Shown here in pieces: positions 1-14,449 of a stretch of 64,000 bases of DNA. Positions within the stretch are counted from its first letter, which is position 1; every line of letters starts with the position of its first letter. The notes beneath the pieces are model-generated. The model ran no database searches and was not told where the DNA came from. It saw only the letters and a list, made by a program, of their open reading frames with translations. The stretch is from Azolla caroliniana (taxonomy: Eukaryota; Plantae; Polypodiophyta). A program made the translations under genes and the position numbers. The stretch covers positions 558,001 to 622,000 of the forward strand of contig JBHGNT010000023.1 in the NCBI GenBank assembly GCA_043228905.1, read 5' to 3'.

Positions 1-399
1 CTATGATATGGATTTAAAAAATCAAGATTTTGAAACTCAGGTCGAGAGACATGAAGAAATTAGTAAATTAGGGGAGGGAGTTGAGAAGAGCGCGTGAGTA
101 AATTAAAATGTTCATAGCTGGCTCGTGTGATATCGGATTTTTGTGTTCAAACATGCGAATCGAAGCTAACAACACTTGCTATGATATGGAATTAAAAAAT
201 CAAGATTTTGAAACTCAGGTCGAGAGACATGAAGAAATTAGTAAATTAGGGGAGGGAGTTGAGAAGAGCGCGTGAGTAAATTAAAATGTTCATACCTGGC
301 TCTTGTGATATCGGATTTTAGTGTTCAAAGATGCCAATCGAAGCTAACAACACTAGCTATGATATGGAATTAAAAAATCAAGATTTTGAAACTTGGGTC

Positions 400-3250
400 G
401 AGAGACATGAAGAAATTAGTAAATTAGAGGAGGGTGTTGACGAGAGCGCGTGAGTAAATTAAAATGTTCATAGCTGGCTCGTGTGATATCGGATTTTTGT
501 GTTCAAACATGCGAATCGAAGCTAACAACACTTGCTATGATATGGAATTAAAAAATCAAGATTTTGAAACTCAGGTCGAGAGACATGAAGAAATTAGTAA
601 AGTAGGGGAGGGAGTTGAGAAGAGCGCGTGAGTAAATTAAAATGTTCATAGCTGGCTCGTGTGATATCGGATTTTTGTGTTCAGAGATGCGAATCGAAGC
701 TAACAACACTAGCTATGATATGGAATTAAAAAATCAAGATTTTCAAACTTGGGTCGAGAGACATGAAGAAATTAGTAAATTAGAGGAGGGTGTTGACAAG
801 AGCGCATGAGTAAATTAAAATGTTCATAGCTGGCTCGTGTGATATCGGATTTTAGTGTTCAAACATGCGAATCGAAGCTAACAACACCAACTATGATATG
901 GAATTAAAAAATCAAGATTTTGAGACTAAGGTCGAGAAACATGAAGAAATTAGTAAATTAGGGGAGGGAGTTGATAAGAGCGCGTGAGTAAATTAAAATG
1001 TTCATACCTGGCTCGTGTGATCCCGGATTTTTGTGTTCAAAGATGCCAATCGAAGCTAACAATACTAGTTATGATATGGAATTAAAAAATCAAGATTTTG
1101 AAACTCAAGTCGAGAGACATGAAGAAATTAGTAAATTAGGGGAGGGAGTTGAGAAGAGCGCGTGAGTAAATTAAAATGTTCATAGCTGGCTCGTGTGATC
1201 CCGGATTTTTGTGTTCAAAGATGCCAATCGAAGCTAACAATACTAGTTATGATATGGAATTAAAAAATCAAGATTTTGAAACTCAGGTCGAGAGACATGA
1301 AGAAATTAGTAAATTAGGGGAGGGAGTTGAGAAGAGCGCGTGAGTAAATTAAAATGTTCATAGCTGGCTCGTGTGATATCGGATTTTTGTGTTCAAACAT
1401 GTGAATCGAAGCTAACAACACTTGCTATGATATGGAATTAAAAAATCAAGATTTTGAAACTCAGGTCGAGAGACATGAAGAAATTAGTAAAGTAGGGGAG
1501 GGAGTTGAGAAGAGCGCGTGAGTAAATTAAAATGTTCATAGCTGGCTCGTGTGATATCGGATTTTTGTGTTCAGAGATGCGAATCGAAGCTAACAACACT
1601 AGCTATGATATGGAATTAAAAAATCAAGATTTTGAAACTCAGGTCGAGAGACATGAAGAAATTAGTAAATTAGAGGAGGGTGTTGACAAGAGCGCATGAG
1701 TAAATTAAAATGTTCATACCTGGCTCTTGTGAGATCGGATTTTAGTGTTCAAAGATGCCAATCGAAGCTAACAACACTAGCTATGATATGGAATTAAAAA
1801 ATCAAGATTTTCAAACTTGGGTCGAGAGACATGAAGAAATTAGTAAATTAGAGGAGGGTGTTGACGAGAGCGCGTGAGTAAATTAAAATGTTCATAGCTG
1901 GCTCGTGTGATATCGGATTTTTGTGTTCAAACATGCGAATCGAAGCTAACAACACTTGCTATGATATGGAATTAAAAAATCAAGATTTTGAAACTCAGGT
2001 CGAGAGACATGAAGAAATTAGTAAAGTAGGGGAGGGAGTTGAGAAGAGCGCGTGAGTAAATTAAAATGTTCATAGCTGGCTCGTGTGATATCGGATTTTT
2101 GTGTTCAGAGATGCGAATCGAAGCTAACAACACTAGCTATGATATGGAATTAAAAAATCAAGATTTTCAAACTTGGGTCGAGAGACATGAAGAAATTAGT
2201 AAATTAGAGGAGGGTGTTGACAAGAGCGCATGAGTAAATTAAAATGTTCATAGCTGGCTCGTGTGATATCGGATTTTAGTGTTCAAACATGCGAATCGAA
2301 GCTAACAACACCAACTATGATATGGAATTAAAAAATCAAGATTTTGAGACTAAGGTCGAGAAACATGAAGAAATTAGTAAATTAGGGGAGGGAGTTGATA
2401 AGAGCGCGTGAGTAAATTAAAATGTTCATACCTGGCTCGTGTGATCCCGGATTTTTGTGTTCAAAGATGCCAATCGAAGCTAACAATACTAGTTATGATA
2501 TGGAATTAAAAAATCAAGATTTTGAAACTCAAGTCGAGAGACATGAAGAAATTAGTAAATTAGGGGAGGGAGTTGAGAAGAGCGCGTGAGTAAATTAAAA
2601 TGTTCATAGCTGGCTCGTGTGATCCCGGATTTTTGTGTTCAAAGATGCCAATCGAAGCTAACAATACTAGTTATGATATGGAATTAAAAAATCAAGATTT
2701 TGAAACTCAGGTCGAGAGACATGAAGAAATTAGTAAATTAGGGGAGGGAGTTGAGAAGAGCGCGTGAGTAAATTAAAATGTTCATAGCTGGCTCGTGTGA
2801 TATCGGATTTTTGTGTTCAAACATGTGAATCGAAGCTAACAACACTTGCTATGATATGGAATTAAAAAATCAAGATTTTGAAACTCAGGTCGAGAGACAT
2901 GAAGAAATTAGTAAAGTAGGGGAGGGAGTTGAGAAGAGCGCGTGAGTAAATTAAAATGTTCATAGCTGGCTCGTGTGATATCGGATTTTTGTGTTCAGAG
3001 ATGCGAATCGAAGCTAACAACACTAGCTATGATATGGAATTAAAAAATCAAGATTTTGAAACTCAGGTCGAGAGACATGAAGAAATTAGTAAATTAGAGG
3101 AGGGTGTTGACAAGAGCGCATGAGTAAATTAAAATGTTCATACCTGGCTCTTGTGAGATCGGATTTTAGTGTTCAAAGATGCCAATCGAAGCTAACAACA
3201 CTAGCTATGATATGGAATTAAAAAATCAAGATTTTCAAACTTGGGTCGAG
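400..3250 (+). repeat. 8-monomer (1424 bp) higher-order duplication; boundaries approximate
   Basis: Diagnostic variants recur at +1424 (TCCCGG at 1021 and 2445; GAGAAAC variant in both copies). Confidence 0.85.
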
Positions 3251-4600
3251 AGACATGAAGAAATTAGTAAATTAGAGGAGGGTGTTGACGAGAGCGCGTG
3301 AGTAAATTAAAATGTTCATAGCTGGCTCGTGTGATATCGGATTTTTGTGTTCAAACATGCGAATCGAAGCTAACAACACCAACTATGATATGGAATTAAA
3401 AAATCAAGATTTTGAGACTAAGGTCGAGAGACATCAAGAAATTAGTAAATTAGGGGAGGGAGTTGATAAGAGCGCGTGAGTAAATTAAAATGTTCATACC
3501 TGGCTCGTGTGATCCCGGATTTTTGTGTTCAAAGATGCGAATCGAAGCTAACAATACTAGTTACGATATGGAATTAAAAAATCAAGATTTTGAAACTCAG
3601 GTCGAGAGACATGAAGAAATTAGTAAATTAGGGGAGGGAGTTGAGAAGAGCGCGTGAGTAAATTAAAATGTTCATAGCTGGCTCGTGTGATATCGGATTT
3701 TTGTGTTCAAACATGTGAATCGAAGCTAACAACACTTGCTATGATATGGAATTAAAAAATCAAGATTTTGAAACTCAGGTCGAGAGACATGAAGAAATTA
3801 GTAAAGTAGGGGAGGGAGTTGAGAAGAGCGCGTGAGTAAATTAAAATGTTCATAGTTGGCTCGTGTGATATCGGATTTTTGTGTTCAGAGATGCGAATCG
3901 AAGCTAACAACACTAGCTATGATATGGAATTAAAAAATCAAGATTTTGAAACTCAGGTCGAGAGACATGAAGAAATTAGTAAATTAGAGGAGGGTGTTGA
4001 CAAGAGCGCATGAGTAAATTAAAATGTTCATACCTGGCTCTTGTGAGATCGGATTTTAGTGTTCAAAGATGCCAATCGAAGCTAACAACACTAGCTATGA
4101 TATGGAATTAAAAAATCAAGATTTTCAAACTTGGGTCGAGAGACATGAAGAAATTAGTAAATTAGAGGAGGGTGTTGACGAGAGCGCGTGAGTAAATTAA
4201 AATGTTCATAGCTGGCTCGTGTGATATCGGATTTTTGTGTTCAAACATGCGAATCGAAGCTAACAACACCAACTATGATATGGAATTAAAAAATCAAGAT
4301 TTTGAGACTAAGGTCGAGAGACATCAAGAAATTAGTAAATTAGGGGAGGGAGTTGATAAGAGCGCGTGAGTAAATTAAAATGTTCATACCTGGCTCGTGT
4401 GATCCCGGATTTTTGTGTTCAAAGATGCGAATCGAAGCTAACAATACTAGTTACGATATGGAATTAAAAAATCAAGATTTTGAAACTCAGGTCGAGAGAC
4501 ATGAAGAAATTAGTAAATTAGGGGAGGGAGTTGAGAAGAGCGCGTGAGTAAATTAAAATGTTCATAGCTGGCTCGTGTGATATCGGATTTTTGTGTTCAA
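2900..4600 (+). repeat. 5-monomer (890 bp) higher-order duplication; boundaries approximate
   Basis: ACATCAAGAA at 3431 and 4321; GTTACGAT and GTGAGATC variants repeat at the same spacing. Confidence 0.8.
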
Positions 4601-7600
4601 ACATGCGAATCGAAGCTAACAACACTTGCTATGATATGGAATTAAAAAATCAAGATTTTGAAACTCAGGTCGAGAGACATGAAGAAATTAGTAAAGTAGG
4701 GGAGGCAGTTGAGAAGAGCGCATGAGTAAATTAAAATGTTCATACCTGGCTCTTGTGATATCGGATTTTAGTGTTCAAAGATGCCAATCGAAGCTAACAA
4801 CACTAGCTATGATATGGAATTAAAAAATCAAAATTTCGAAACTTGGGTCGAGAGACATTAAGAAATTAGTAAATTAGGGGAGGGAGTTGAGAAAAGCGCG
4901 TGAGTAAATTAAAATGTTCATAGCTGGCTCGTGTGATATCGGATTTTTGTGTTCAAACATGCGAATCGAAGCTAACAACACTTGCTATGATATGGAATTA
5001 AAAAATCAAGATTTTGAAACTCAGGTCGAGAGACATGAAGAAATTAGTAAAGTAGGGGAGGGAGTTGAGAAGAGCGCGTGAGTAAATTAAAATGTTCATA
5101 GTTGGCTCGTGTGATATCGGATTTTTGTGTTCAGAGATGCGAATCGAAGCTAACAACACTAGCTATGATATGGATTTAAAAAATCAAGATTTTGAAACTC
5201 AGGTCGAGAGACATGAAGAAATTAGTAAATTAGGGGAGGGAGTTGAGAAGAGCGCGTGAGTAAATTAAAATGTTCATAGCTGGCTCGTGTGATATCGGAT
5301 TTTTGTGTTGAAACATGCGAATCGAAGCTAACAACACTTGCTATGATATGGAATTAAAAAATCAAGATTTTGAAACTCAGGTCGAGAGACATGAAGAAAT
5401 TAGTAAAGTAGGGGAGGCAGTTGAGAAGAGCGCATGAGTAAATTAAAATGTTCATACCTGGCTCTTGTGATATCGGATTTTAGTGTTCAAAGATGCCAAT
5501 CGAAGCTAACAACACTAGCTATGATATGGAATTAAAAAATCAAAATTTCGAAACTTGGGTCGAGAGACATGAAGAAATTAGTAAATTAGGGGAGGGAGTT
5601 GAGAAAAGCGCGTGAGTAAATTAAAATGTTCATAGCTGGCTCGTGTGATATCGGATTTTTGTGTTCAAACATGCGAATCAAAGCTAACAACACTAGCTAT
5701 GATAAGGAATGAAAAAATCAAGATTTTGAAACTCAGGTCGAGAGACATGAAGAAATTAGTAAATTAGAGGAGGGTGTTGACGAGAGCGCGTGAGGAAATT
5801 AAAATGTTCATAGCTGGCTCGTGTGATATCGGATTTTTGTGTTCAGAGATGCGAATCGAAGCTAACAACACTAGCTATGATATGGAATTAAAAAATCAAG
5901 ATTTTGAAACTCAGGTCGCGAGACATGAAGAAATTAGTAAATTAGAGGAGGGTGTTGACAAGAGCGCATGAGTAAATTAAAATGTTCATACCTGGCTCTT
6001 GTGATATCGGATTTTAGTGTTCAAAGATGCCAATCGAACCTAACAACACTAGCTATGATATGGAATTAAAAAATCAAGATTTTGAGACTAAGGTCGAGAG
6101 ACATGAAGAAATTAGTAAATTAGAGGAGGGTGTTGACAAGAGCGCATGAGTAAATTAAAATGTTCATACCTGGCTCTTGTGAGATCGGATTTTAGTGTTC
6201 AAAGATGCCAATCGAAGCTAACAACACTAGCTATGATATGGAATTAAAAAATCAAGATTTTGAAACTTGGGTCGAGAGACATGAAGAAATTAGTAAATTA
6301 GAGGAGGGTGTTGACGAGAGCGCGTGAGTAAATTAAAATGTTCATAGCTGGCTCGTGTGATATCGGATTTTTGTGTTCAAACATGCGAATCGAAGCTAAC
6401 AACACCAACTATGATATGGAATTAAAAAATCAAGATTTTGAGACTAAGGTCGAGAGACATGAAGAAATTAGTAAATTAGGGGAGGGAGTTGATAAGAGCG
6501 CGTGAGTAAATTAAAATGTTCATACCTGGCTCGTGTGATCCCGGATTTTTGTGTTCAAAGATGCGAATCGAAGCTAACAATACTAGTTACGATATGGAAT
6601 TAAAAAATCAAGATTTTGAAACTCAGGTCGAGAGACATGAAGAAATTAGTAAATTAGGGGAGGGAGTTGAGAAGAGCGCGTGAGTAAATTAAAATGTTCA
6701 TAGCTGGCTCGTGTGATATCGGATTTTTGTGTTCAAACATGCGAATCGAAGCTAACAACACTTGCTATGATATGGAATTAAAAAATCAAGATTTTGAAAC
6801 TCAGGTCGAGAGACATGAAGAAATTAGTAAAGTAGGGGAGGCAGTTGAGAAGAGCGCATGAGTAAATTAAAATGTTCATACCTGGCTCTTGTGATATCGG
6901 ATTTTAGTGTTGAAAGATGCCAATCGAAGCTAACAACACTAGCTATGATATGGAATTAAAAAATCAAAATTTCGAAACTTGGGTCGAGAGACATTAAGAA
7001 ATTAGTAAATTAGGGGAGGGAGTTGAGAAAAGCGCGTGAGTAAATTAAAATGTTCATAGCTGGCTCGTGTGATATCGGATTTTTGTGTTCAAACATGCGA
7101 ATCGAAGCTAACAACACTTGCTATGATATGGAATTAAAAAATCAAGATTTTGAAACTCAGGTCGAGAGACATGAAGAAATTAGTAAAGTAGGGGAGGGAG
7201 TTGAGAAGAGCGCGTGAGTAAATTAAAATGTTCATAGTTGGCTCGTGTGATATCGGATTTTTGTGTTCAGAGATGCGAATCGAAGCTAACAACACTAGCT
7301 ATGATATGGAATTAAAAAATCAAGATTTTGAAACTCAGGTCGAGAGACATGAAGAAATTAGTAAATTAGAGGAGGGTGTTGACAAGAGCGCATGAGTAAA
7401 TTAAAATGGTCATACCTGGCTCTTGTGGTATCGGATTTTAGTGTTCAAAGATGCCAATCGAAGCTAACAACACTAGCTATGATATGGAATTAAAAAATCA
7501 AGATTTTGAGACTAAGGTCGAGAGACATGAAGAAATTAGTAAATTAGAGGAGGGTGTTGACAAGAGCGCATGAGTAAATTAAAATGTTCATACCTGGCTC

Positions 7601-8229
7601 TTGTGATATCGGATTTTAGTGTTCAAAGATACCAATCGAAGCTAACAACACTAGCTATGATATGGAATTAAAAAATCAAGATTTCGAAACTTGGGTCGAG
7701 AGACATGAAGAAATTAGTAAATTAGGGGAGGGTGTTGACAAGAGCGCATGAGTAAATTAAAATGTTCATACCTGGCTCTTGTGATATCGGATTTTAGTGT
7801 TCAAAGATGCCAATCGAAGCTAACAACACTAGCTATGATATGGAATTAAAAAATCAAGATTTTGAAACTTGGGTCGAGAGACATGAAGAAATTAGTAAAT
7901 TAGAGGAGGGTGTTGACGAGAGCGGGTGAGTAAATTAAAATGTTCATAGCTGGCTCGTGTGATATCGGATTTTAGTGTTCAAACATGCGAATCGAAGCTA
8001 ACAACACCAACTATGATATGGAATTAAAAAATCAAGATTTTGAGACTAAGGTCGAGAGACATGAAGAAATTAGTAAATTAGGGGAGGGAGTTGATAAGAG
8101 CGCGTGAGTAAATTAAAATGTTCATACCTGGCTCGTGTGATCCCGGATTTTTGTGTTCAAAGATGCCAATCGAAGCTAACAATACTAGTTATGATATGGA
8201 ATTAAAAAATCAAGATTTTGAAACTCAGG

Positions 8230-10200
8230 TCGAGAGACATGAAGAAATTAGTAAATTAGGGGAGGGAGTTGAGAAGAGCGCGTGAGTAAATTAAAATGTT
8301 CATAGCTGGCTCGTGTGATATCGGATTTTTGTGTTGAAACATGCGAATCGAAGCTAACAACACTTGCTATGATATGGAATTAAAAAATCAAGATTTTGAA
8401 ACTCAGGTCGAGAGACATGAAGAAATTAGTAAAGTAGGGGAGGCAGTTGAGAAGAGCGCATGAGTAAATTAAAATGTTCATACCTGGCTCTTGTGATATC
8501 GGATTTTAGTGTTCAAAGATGCCAATCGAAGCTAACAACACTAGCTATGATATGGAATTAAAAAATCAAAATTTCGAAACTTGGGTCGAGAGACATGAAG
8601 AAATTAGTAAATTAGGGGAGGGAGTTGAGAAAAGCGCGTGAGTAAATTAAAATGTTCATAGCTGGCTCGTGTGATATCGGATTTTTGTGTTCAAACATGC
8701 GAATCAAAGCTAACAACACTAGCTATGATAAGGAATGAAAAAATCAAGATTTTGAAACTCAGGTCGAGAGACATGAAGAAATTAGTAAATTAGAGGAGGG
8801 TGTTGACGAGAGCGCGTGAGGAAATTAAAATGTTCATAGCTGGCTCGTGTGATATCGGATTTTTGTGTTCAGAGATGCGAATCGAAGCTAACAACACTAG
8901 CTATGATATGGAATTAAAAAATCAAGATTTTGAAACTCAGGTCGCGAGACATGAAGAAATTAGTAAATTAGAGGAGGGTGTTGACAAGAGCGCATGAGTA
9001 AATTAAAATGTTCATACCTGGCTCTTGTGATATCGGATTTTAGTGTTCAAAGATGCCAATCGAACCTAACAACACTAGCTATGATATGGAATTAAAAAAT
9101 CAAGATTTTGAGACTAAGGTCGAGAGACATGAAGAAATTAGTAAATTAGGGGAGGGAGTTGAGAAGAGCGCGTGAGTAAATTAAAATGTTCATAGCTGGC
9201 TCGTGTGATATCGGATTTTTGTGTTGAAACATGCGAATCGAAGCTAACAACACTTGCTATGATATGGAATTAAAAAATCAAGATTTTGAAACTCAGGTCG
9301 AGAGACATGAAGAAATTAGTAAAGTAGGGGAGGCAGTTGAGAAGAGCGCATGAGTAAATTAAAATGTTCATACCTGGCTCTTGTGATATCGGATTTTAGT
9401 GTTCAAAGATGCCAATCGAAGCTAACAACACTAGCTATGATATGGAATTAAAAAATCAAAATTTCGAAACTTGGGTCGAGAGACATGAAGAAATTAGTAA
9501 ATTAGGGGAGGGAGTTGAGAAAAGCGCGTGAGTAAATTAAAATGTTCATAGCTGGCTCGTGTGATATCGGATTTTTGTGTTCAAACATGCGAATCAAAGC
9601 TAACAACACTAGCTATGATAAGGAATGAAAAAATCAAGATTTTGAAACTCAGGTCGAGAGACATGAAGAAATTAGTAAATTAGAGGAGGGTGTTGACGAG
9701 AGCGCGTGAGGAAATTAAAATGTTCATAGCTGGCTCGTGTGATATCGGATTTTTGTGTTCAGAGATGCGAATCGAAGCTAACAACACTAGCTATGATATG
9801 GAATTAAAAAATCAAGATTTTGAAACTCAGGTCGCGAGACATGAAGAAATTAGTAAATTAGAGGAGGGTGTTGACAAGAGCGCATGAGTAAATTAAAATG
9901 TTCATACCTGGCTCTTGTGATATCGGATTTTAGTGTTCAAAGATGCCAATCGAACCTAACAACACTAGCTATGATATGGAATTAAAAAATCAAGATTTTG
10001 AGACTAAGGTCGAGAGACATGAAGAAATTAGTAAATTAGGGGAGGGAGTTGAGAAGAGCGCGTGAGTAAATTAAAATGTTCATAGCTGGCTCGTGTGATA
10101 TCGGATTTTTGTGTTGAAACATGCGAATCGAAGCTAACAACACTTGCTATGATATGGAATTAAAAAATCAAGATTTTGAAACTCAGGTCGAGAGACATGA
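8230..10200 (+). repeat. 5-monomer (890 bp) higher-order duplication; the same block also occurs at about 5.2-6.1 kb and 10.8-11.6 kb
   Basis: GTGAGGAAATT, GTCGCGAG and GAACCTAAC variant block; identical pseudo-ORFs at 5774, 8800, 9690 and 11089. Confidence 0.85.
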
Positions 10201-12250
10201 AGAAATTAGTAAAGTAGGGGAGGGAGTTGAGAAGAGCGCATGAGTAAATTAAAATGTTCATACCTGGCTCGTGTGATCCCGGATTTTTGTGTTCAAAGAT
10301 GCCAATCGAAGCTAACAATACTAGTTATGATATGGAATTAAAAAATCAAGATTTTGAAACTCAGGTCGAGAGACATGAAGAAATTAGTAAATTAGGGGAG
10401 GGAGTTGAGAAGAGCGCGTGAGTAAATTAAAATGTTCATAGCTGGCTCGTGTGATATCGGATTTTTGTGTTCAAACATGCGAATTAAAGCTAACAACACT
10501 AGCTATGATAAGGAATGAAAAAATCAAGATTTTGAAACTCAGGTCGACGAGAGCGCGTTGACAAGAGCGCATGAGTAAATTAGAATGTTCATACCTGGCT
10601 CTTGTGATATCGGATTTTAGTGTTCAAAGATGCCAATCGAAGCTAACAACACTAGCTATGATATGGAATTAAAAAATCAAGATTTTGAGACTAAGGTCGA
10701 GAGACATGAAGAAATTAGTAAATTAGGGGAGGGAGTTGATAAGAGCGCGTGAGTAAATTAAAATGTTCATACCTGGCTCTTGTGATATCGGATTTTAGTG
10801 TTCAAAGATGCCAATCGAAGCTAACAACACTAGCTATGATATGGAATTAAAAAATCAAAATTTCGAAACTTGGGTCGAGAGACATGAAGAAATTAGTAAA
10901 TTAGGGGAGGGAGTTGAGAAAAGCGCGTGAGTAAATTAAAATGTTCATAGCTGGCTCGTGTGATATCGGATTTTTGTGTTCAAACATGCGAATCAAAGCT
11001 AACAACACTAGCTATGATAAGGAATGAAAAAATCAAGATTTTGAAACTCAGGTCGAGAGACATGAAGAAATTAGTAAATTAGAGGAGGGTGTTGACGAGA
11101 GCGCGTGAGGAAATTAAAATGTTCATAGCTGGCTCGTGTGATATCGGATTTTTGTGTTCAGAGATGCGAATCGAAGCTAACAACACTAGCTATGATATGG
11201 AATTAAAAAATCAAGATTTTGAAACTCAGGTCGCGAGACATGAAGAAATTAGTAAATTAGAGGAGGGTGTTGACAAGAGCGCATGAGTAAATTAAAATGT
11301 TCATACCTGGCTCTTGTGATATCGGATTTTAGTGTTCAAAGATGCCAATCGAACCTAACAACACTAGCTATGATATGGAATTAAAAAATCAAGATTTTGA
11401 GACTAAGGTCGAGAGACATGAAGAAATTAGTAAATTAGGGGAGGGAGTTGAGAAGAGCGCGTGAGTAAATTAAAATGTTCATAGCTGGCTCGTGTGATAT
11501 CGGATTTTTGTGTTGAAACATGCGAATCGAAGCTAACAACACTTGCTATGATATGGAATTAAAAAATCAAGATTTTGAAACTCAGGTCGAGAGACATGAA
11601 GAAATTAGTAAAGTAGGGGAGGGAGTTGAGAAGAGCGCATGAGTAAATTAAAATGTTCATACCTGGCTCGTGTGATCCCGGATTTTTGTGTTCAAAGATG
11701 CCAATCGAAGCTAACAATACTAGTTATGATATGGAATTAAAAAATCAAGATTTTGAAACTCAGGTCGAGAGACATGAAGAAATTAGTAAATTAGGGGAGG
11801 GAGTTGAGAAGAGCGCGTGAGTAAATTAAAATGTTCATAGCTGGCTCGTGTGATATCGGATTTTTGTGTTCAAACATGCGAATTAAAGCTAACAACACTA
11901 GCTATGATAAGGAATGAAAAAATCAAGATTTTGAAACTCAGGTCGACGAGAGCGCGTTGACAAGAGCGCATGAGTAAATTAGAATGTTCATACCTGGCTC
12001 TTGTGATATCGGATTTTAGTGTTCAAAGATGCCAATCGAAGCTAACAACACTAGCTATGATATGGAATTAAAAAATCAAGATTTTGAGACTAAGGTCGAG
12101 AGACATGAAGAAATTAGTAAATTAGGGGAGGGAGTTGATAAGAGCGCGTGAGTAAATTAAAATGTTCATACCTGGCTCTTGTGATATCGGATTTTAGTGT
12201 TCAAAGATGCCAATCGAAGCTAACAACACTAGCTATGATATGGAATTAAA
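9370..12250 (+). repeat. 1399-bp duplication (8 monomers including one 153-bp deletion monomer)
   Basis: Junction GTCGACGAGAGCGCGTTGAC at 10543 and 11942; 8x178-25=1399. Confidence 0.88.
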
Positions 12251-14449
12251 AAATCAAGATTTTGAGACTAAGGTCGAGAGACATGAAGAAATTAGTAAAT
12301 TAGGGGAGGGAGTTGAGAAGAGCGCGTGAGTAAATTAAAATGTTCATAGTTGGCTCGTGTGATATCGGATTTTTGTGTTCAGAGATGCGAATCGAAGCTA
12401 ACAACACTAGCTATGATAAGGAATTAAGAAATCAAGATTTTGAAACTCAGGTCGAGAGACATGAAGAAATTAGTAAATTAGAGGAGGGTGTTGACGAGAG
12501 CGCATGAGTAAATTAAAATGTTCATACCTGGCTCTTGTGATATCGGATTTTAGTGTTCAAAGATGCCAATCGAAGCTAACAACACTAGCTATGATATGGA
12601 ATTAAAAAATCAAGGTTTTGAAACTTGGGTCGAGAGACATGAAGAAATTAGTAAATTAGAGGAGGGTGTTGACGAGAGCGCGTGAGTAAATTAAAATGTT
12701 CATAGCTGGCTCGTGTGATATCAGATTTTTGTGTTCAAACATGCGAATCGAAGCAAACAACACCAACTATGATATGGAATTAACAAATCAAGATTTTGAG
12801 ACTAAGGTCGAGAGACATCAAGAAATTAGTAAATTAGGGGAGGGAGTTGATAAGAGCGCGTGAGTAAATTAAAATGTTCATACCTGGCTCGTGTGATCCC
12901 GGATTTTTGTGTTCAAAGATACCAATCGAAGCTAACAATACTAGTTATGATATGGAATTAAAAAATCAAGATTTTGAAACTCAGGTCGAGAGACATGAAG
13001 AAATTAGTAAATTAGGGGAGGGAGTTGAGAAGAGCGCGTGAGTAAATTAAAATGTTCATAGCTGGGTCGTGTGATATCGGATTTTTGTGTTGAAACATGC
13101 GAATCGAAGCTAACAACACTTGCTATGATATGGAATTAAAAAATCAAGATTTTGAAACTCAGGTCGAGAGACATGAAGAAATTAGTAAAGTAGGGGAGGC
13201 AGTTGAGAAGAGCGCATGAGTAAATTAAAATGTTCATACCTGGCTCTTGTGATATCGGATTTTAGTGTTCAAAGATGCGAATCGAAGCTAACAACACTAG
13301 CTATGATATGGAATTAAAAAATCAAAATTTCGAAACTTGGGTCGAGAGACATGAAGAAATTAGTAAATTAGGGGAGGGAGTTGAGAAAAGCACGTGAGTA
13401 AATTAAAATGTTCATAGCTGGCTCGTGTGATATCGGATTTTTGTGTTCAAACATGCGAATCAAAGCTAACAACACTAGCTATGATAAGGAATGAAAAAAT
13501 CAAGATTTTGAAACTCAGGTCGAGAGACATGAAGAAATTAGTAAATTAGAGGAGGGTCTTGACGAGAGCGCGTGAGGAAATTAAACTGTTCATAGCTGGC
13601 TCGTGTGATATCGGATTTTTGTGTTCAGAGATGCGAATCGAAGCTAACAACACTAGCTATGATATGGAATTAAAAAATCAAGATTTTGAAACTCAGGTCG
13701 AGAGACATGAAGAAATTAGTAAAGTAGGGGAGGGAGTTGAGAAGAGCGCGTGAGTAAATTAAAATGTTCATAGCTGGCTCGTGTGATATCGGATTTTAGT
13801 GTTCAAACATGCGAATCGAAGCTAACAACACTAGCTATGATATGGAATTAAAAAATCAAGATTTTGAGACTAAGGTCGAGTGACATGAAGAAATTAGTAA
13901 ATTAGGGGAGGGAGTTGATAAGAGCGCGTGAGTAAATTAAAATGTTCATACCTGGCTCGTGTGATATCGGATTTTTGTGTTCAGAGATGCGAATCGAAGC
14001 TAACAACACTTGGTATGATATGGAATTAAAAAATCAAGATTTTGAGACTAAGGTCGAGAGACATCAAGAAATTAGTAAATTAGGGGAGGGAGTTGATAAG
14101 AGCGCGTGAGTAAATTAAAATGTTCATACCTGGCTCGTGTGATCCCGGATTTTTGTCTTCAAAGATGCCAATCGAAGCTAACAATACTAGTTACGATATG
14201 GAATTAAAAAATCAAGATTTTGAAACTCAGGTCGAGAGACATGAAGAAATTAGTAAATTAGGGGAGGGAGTTGAGAAGAGCGCGTGAGTAAATTAAAATG
14301 TTCATAGCTGGCTCGTGTGATATCGGATTTTTGTGTTCAAACATGCGAATCGAAGCTAACAACACTTGCTATGATATGGAATTAAAAAATCAAGATTTTG
14401 AAACTTAGGTCGAGAGACATGAAGAAATTAGTAAAGTAGGGGAGGCAGT

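Noticed and set aside
68-80. TTAGGGGAGGG in the normal monomer as a telomere relic or G4
   Set aside because: Only one TTAGGG-like word and two G-runs, which is too little to claim telomeric origin or G4 formation.
5774-13753. Five 64-65 aa ORFs (MLTRAREEIK...)
   Set aside because: They are about one monomer long, start at GTG/TTG, and are opened by a single stop-removing SNP (GAGTAA>GAGGAA) that was copied by duplication. There is no gene context.
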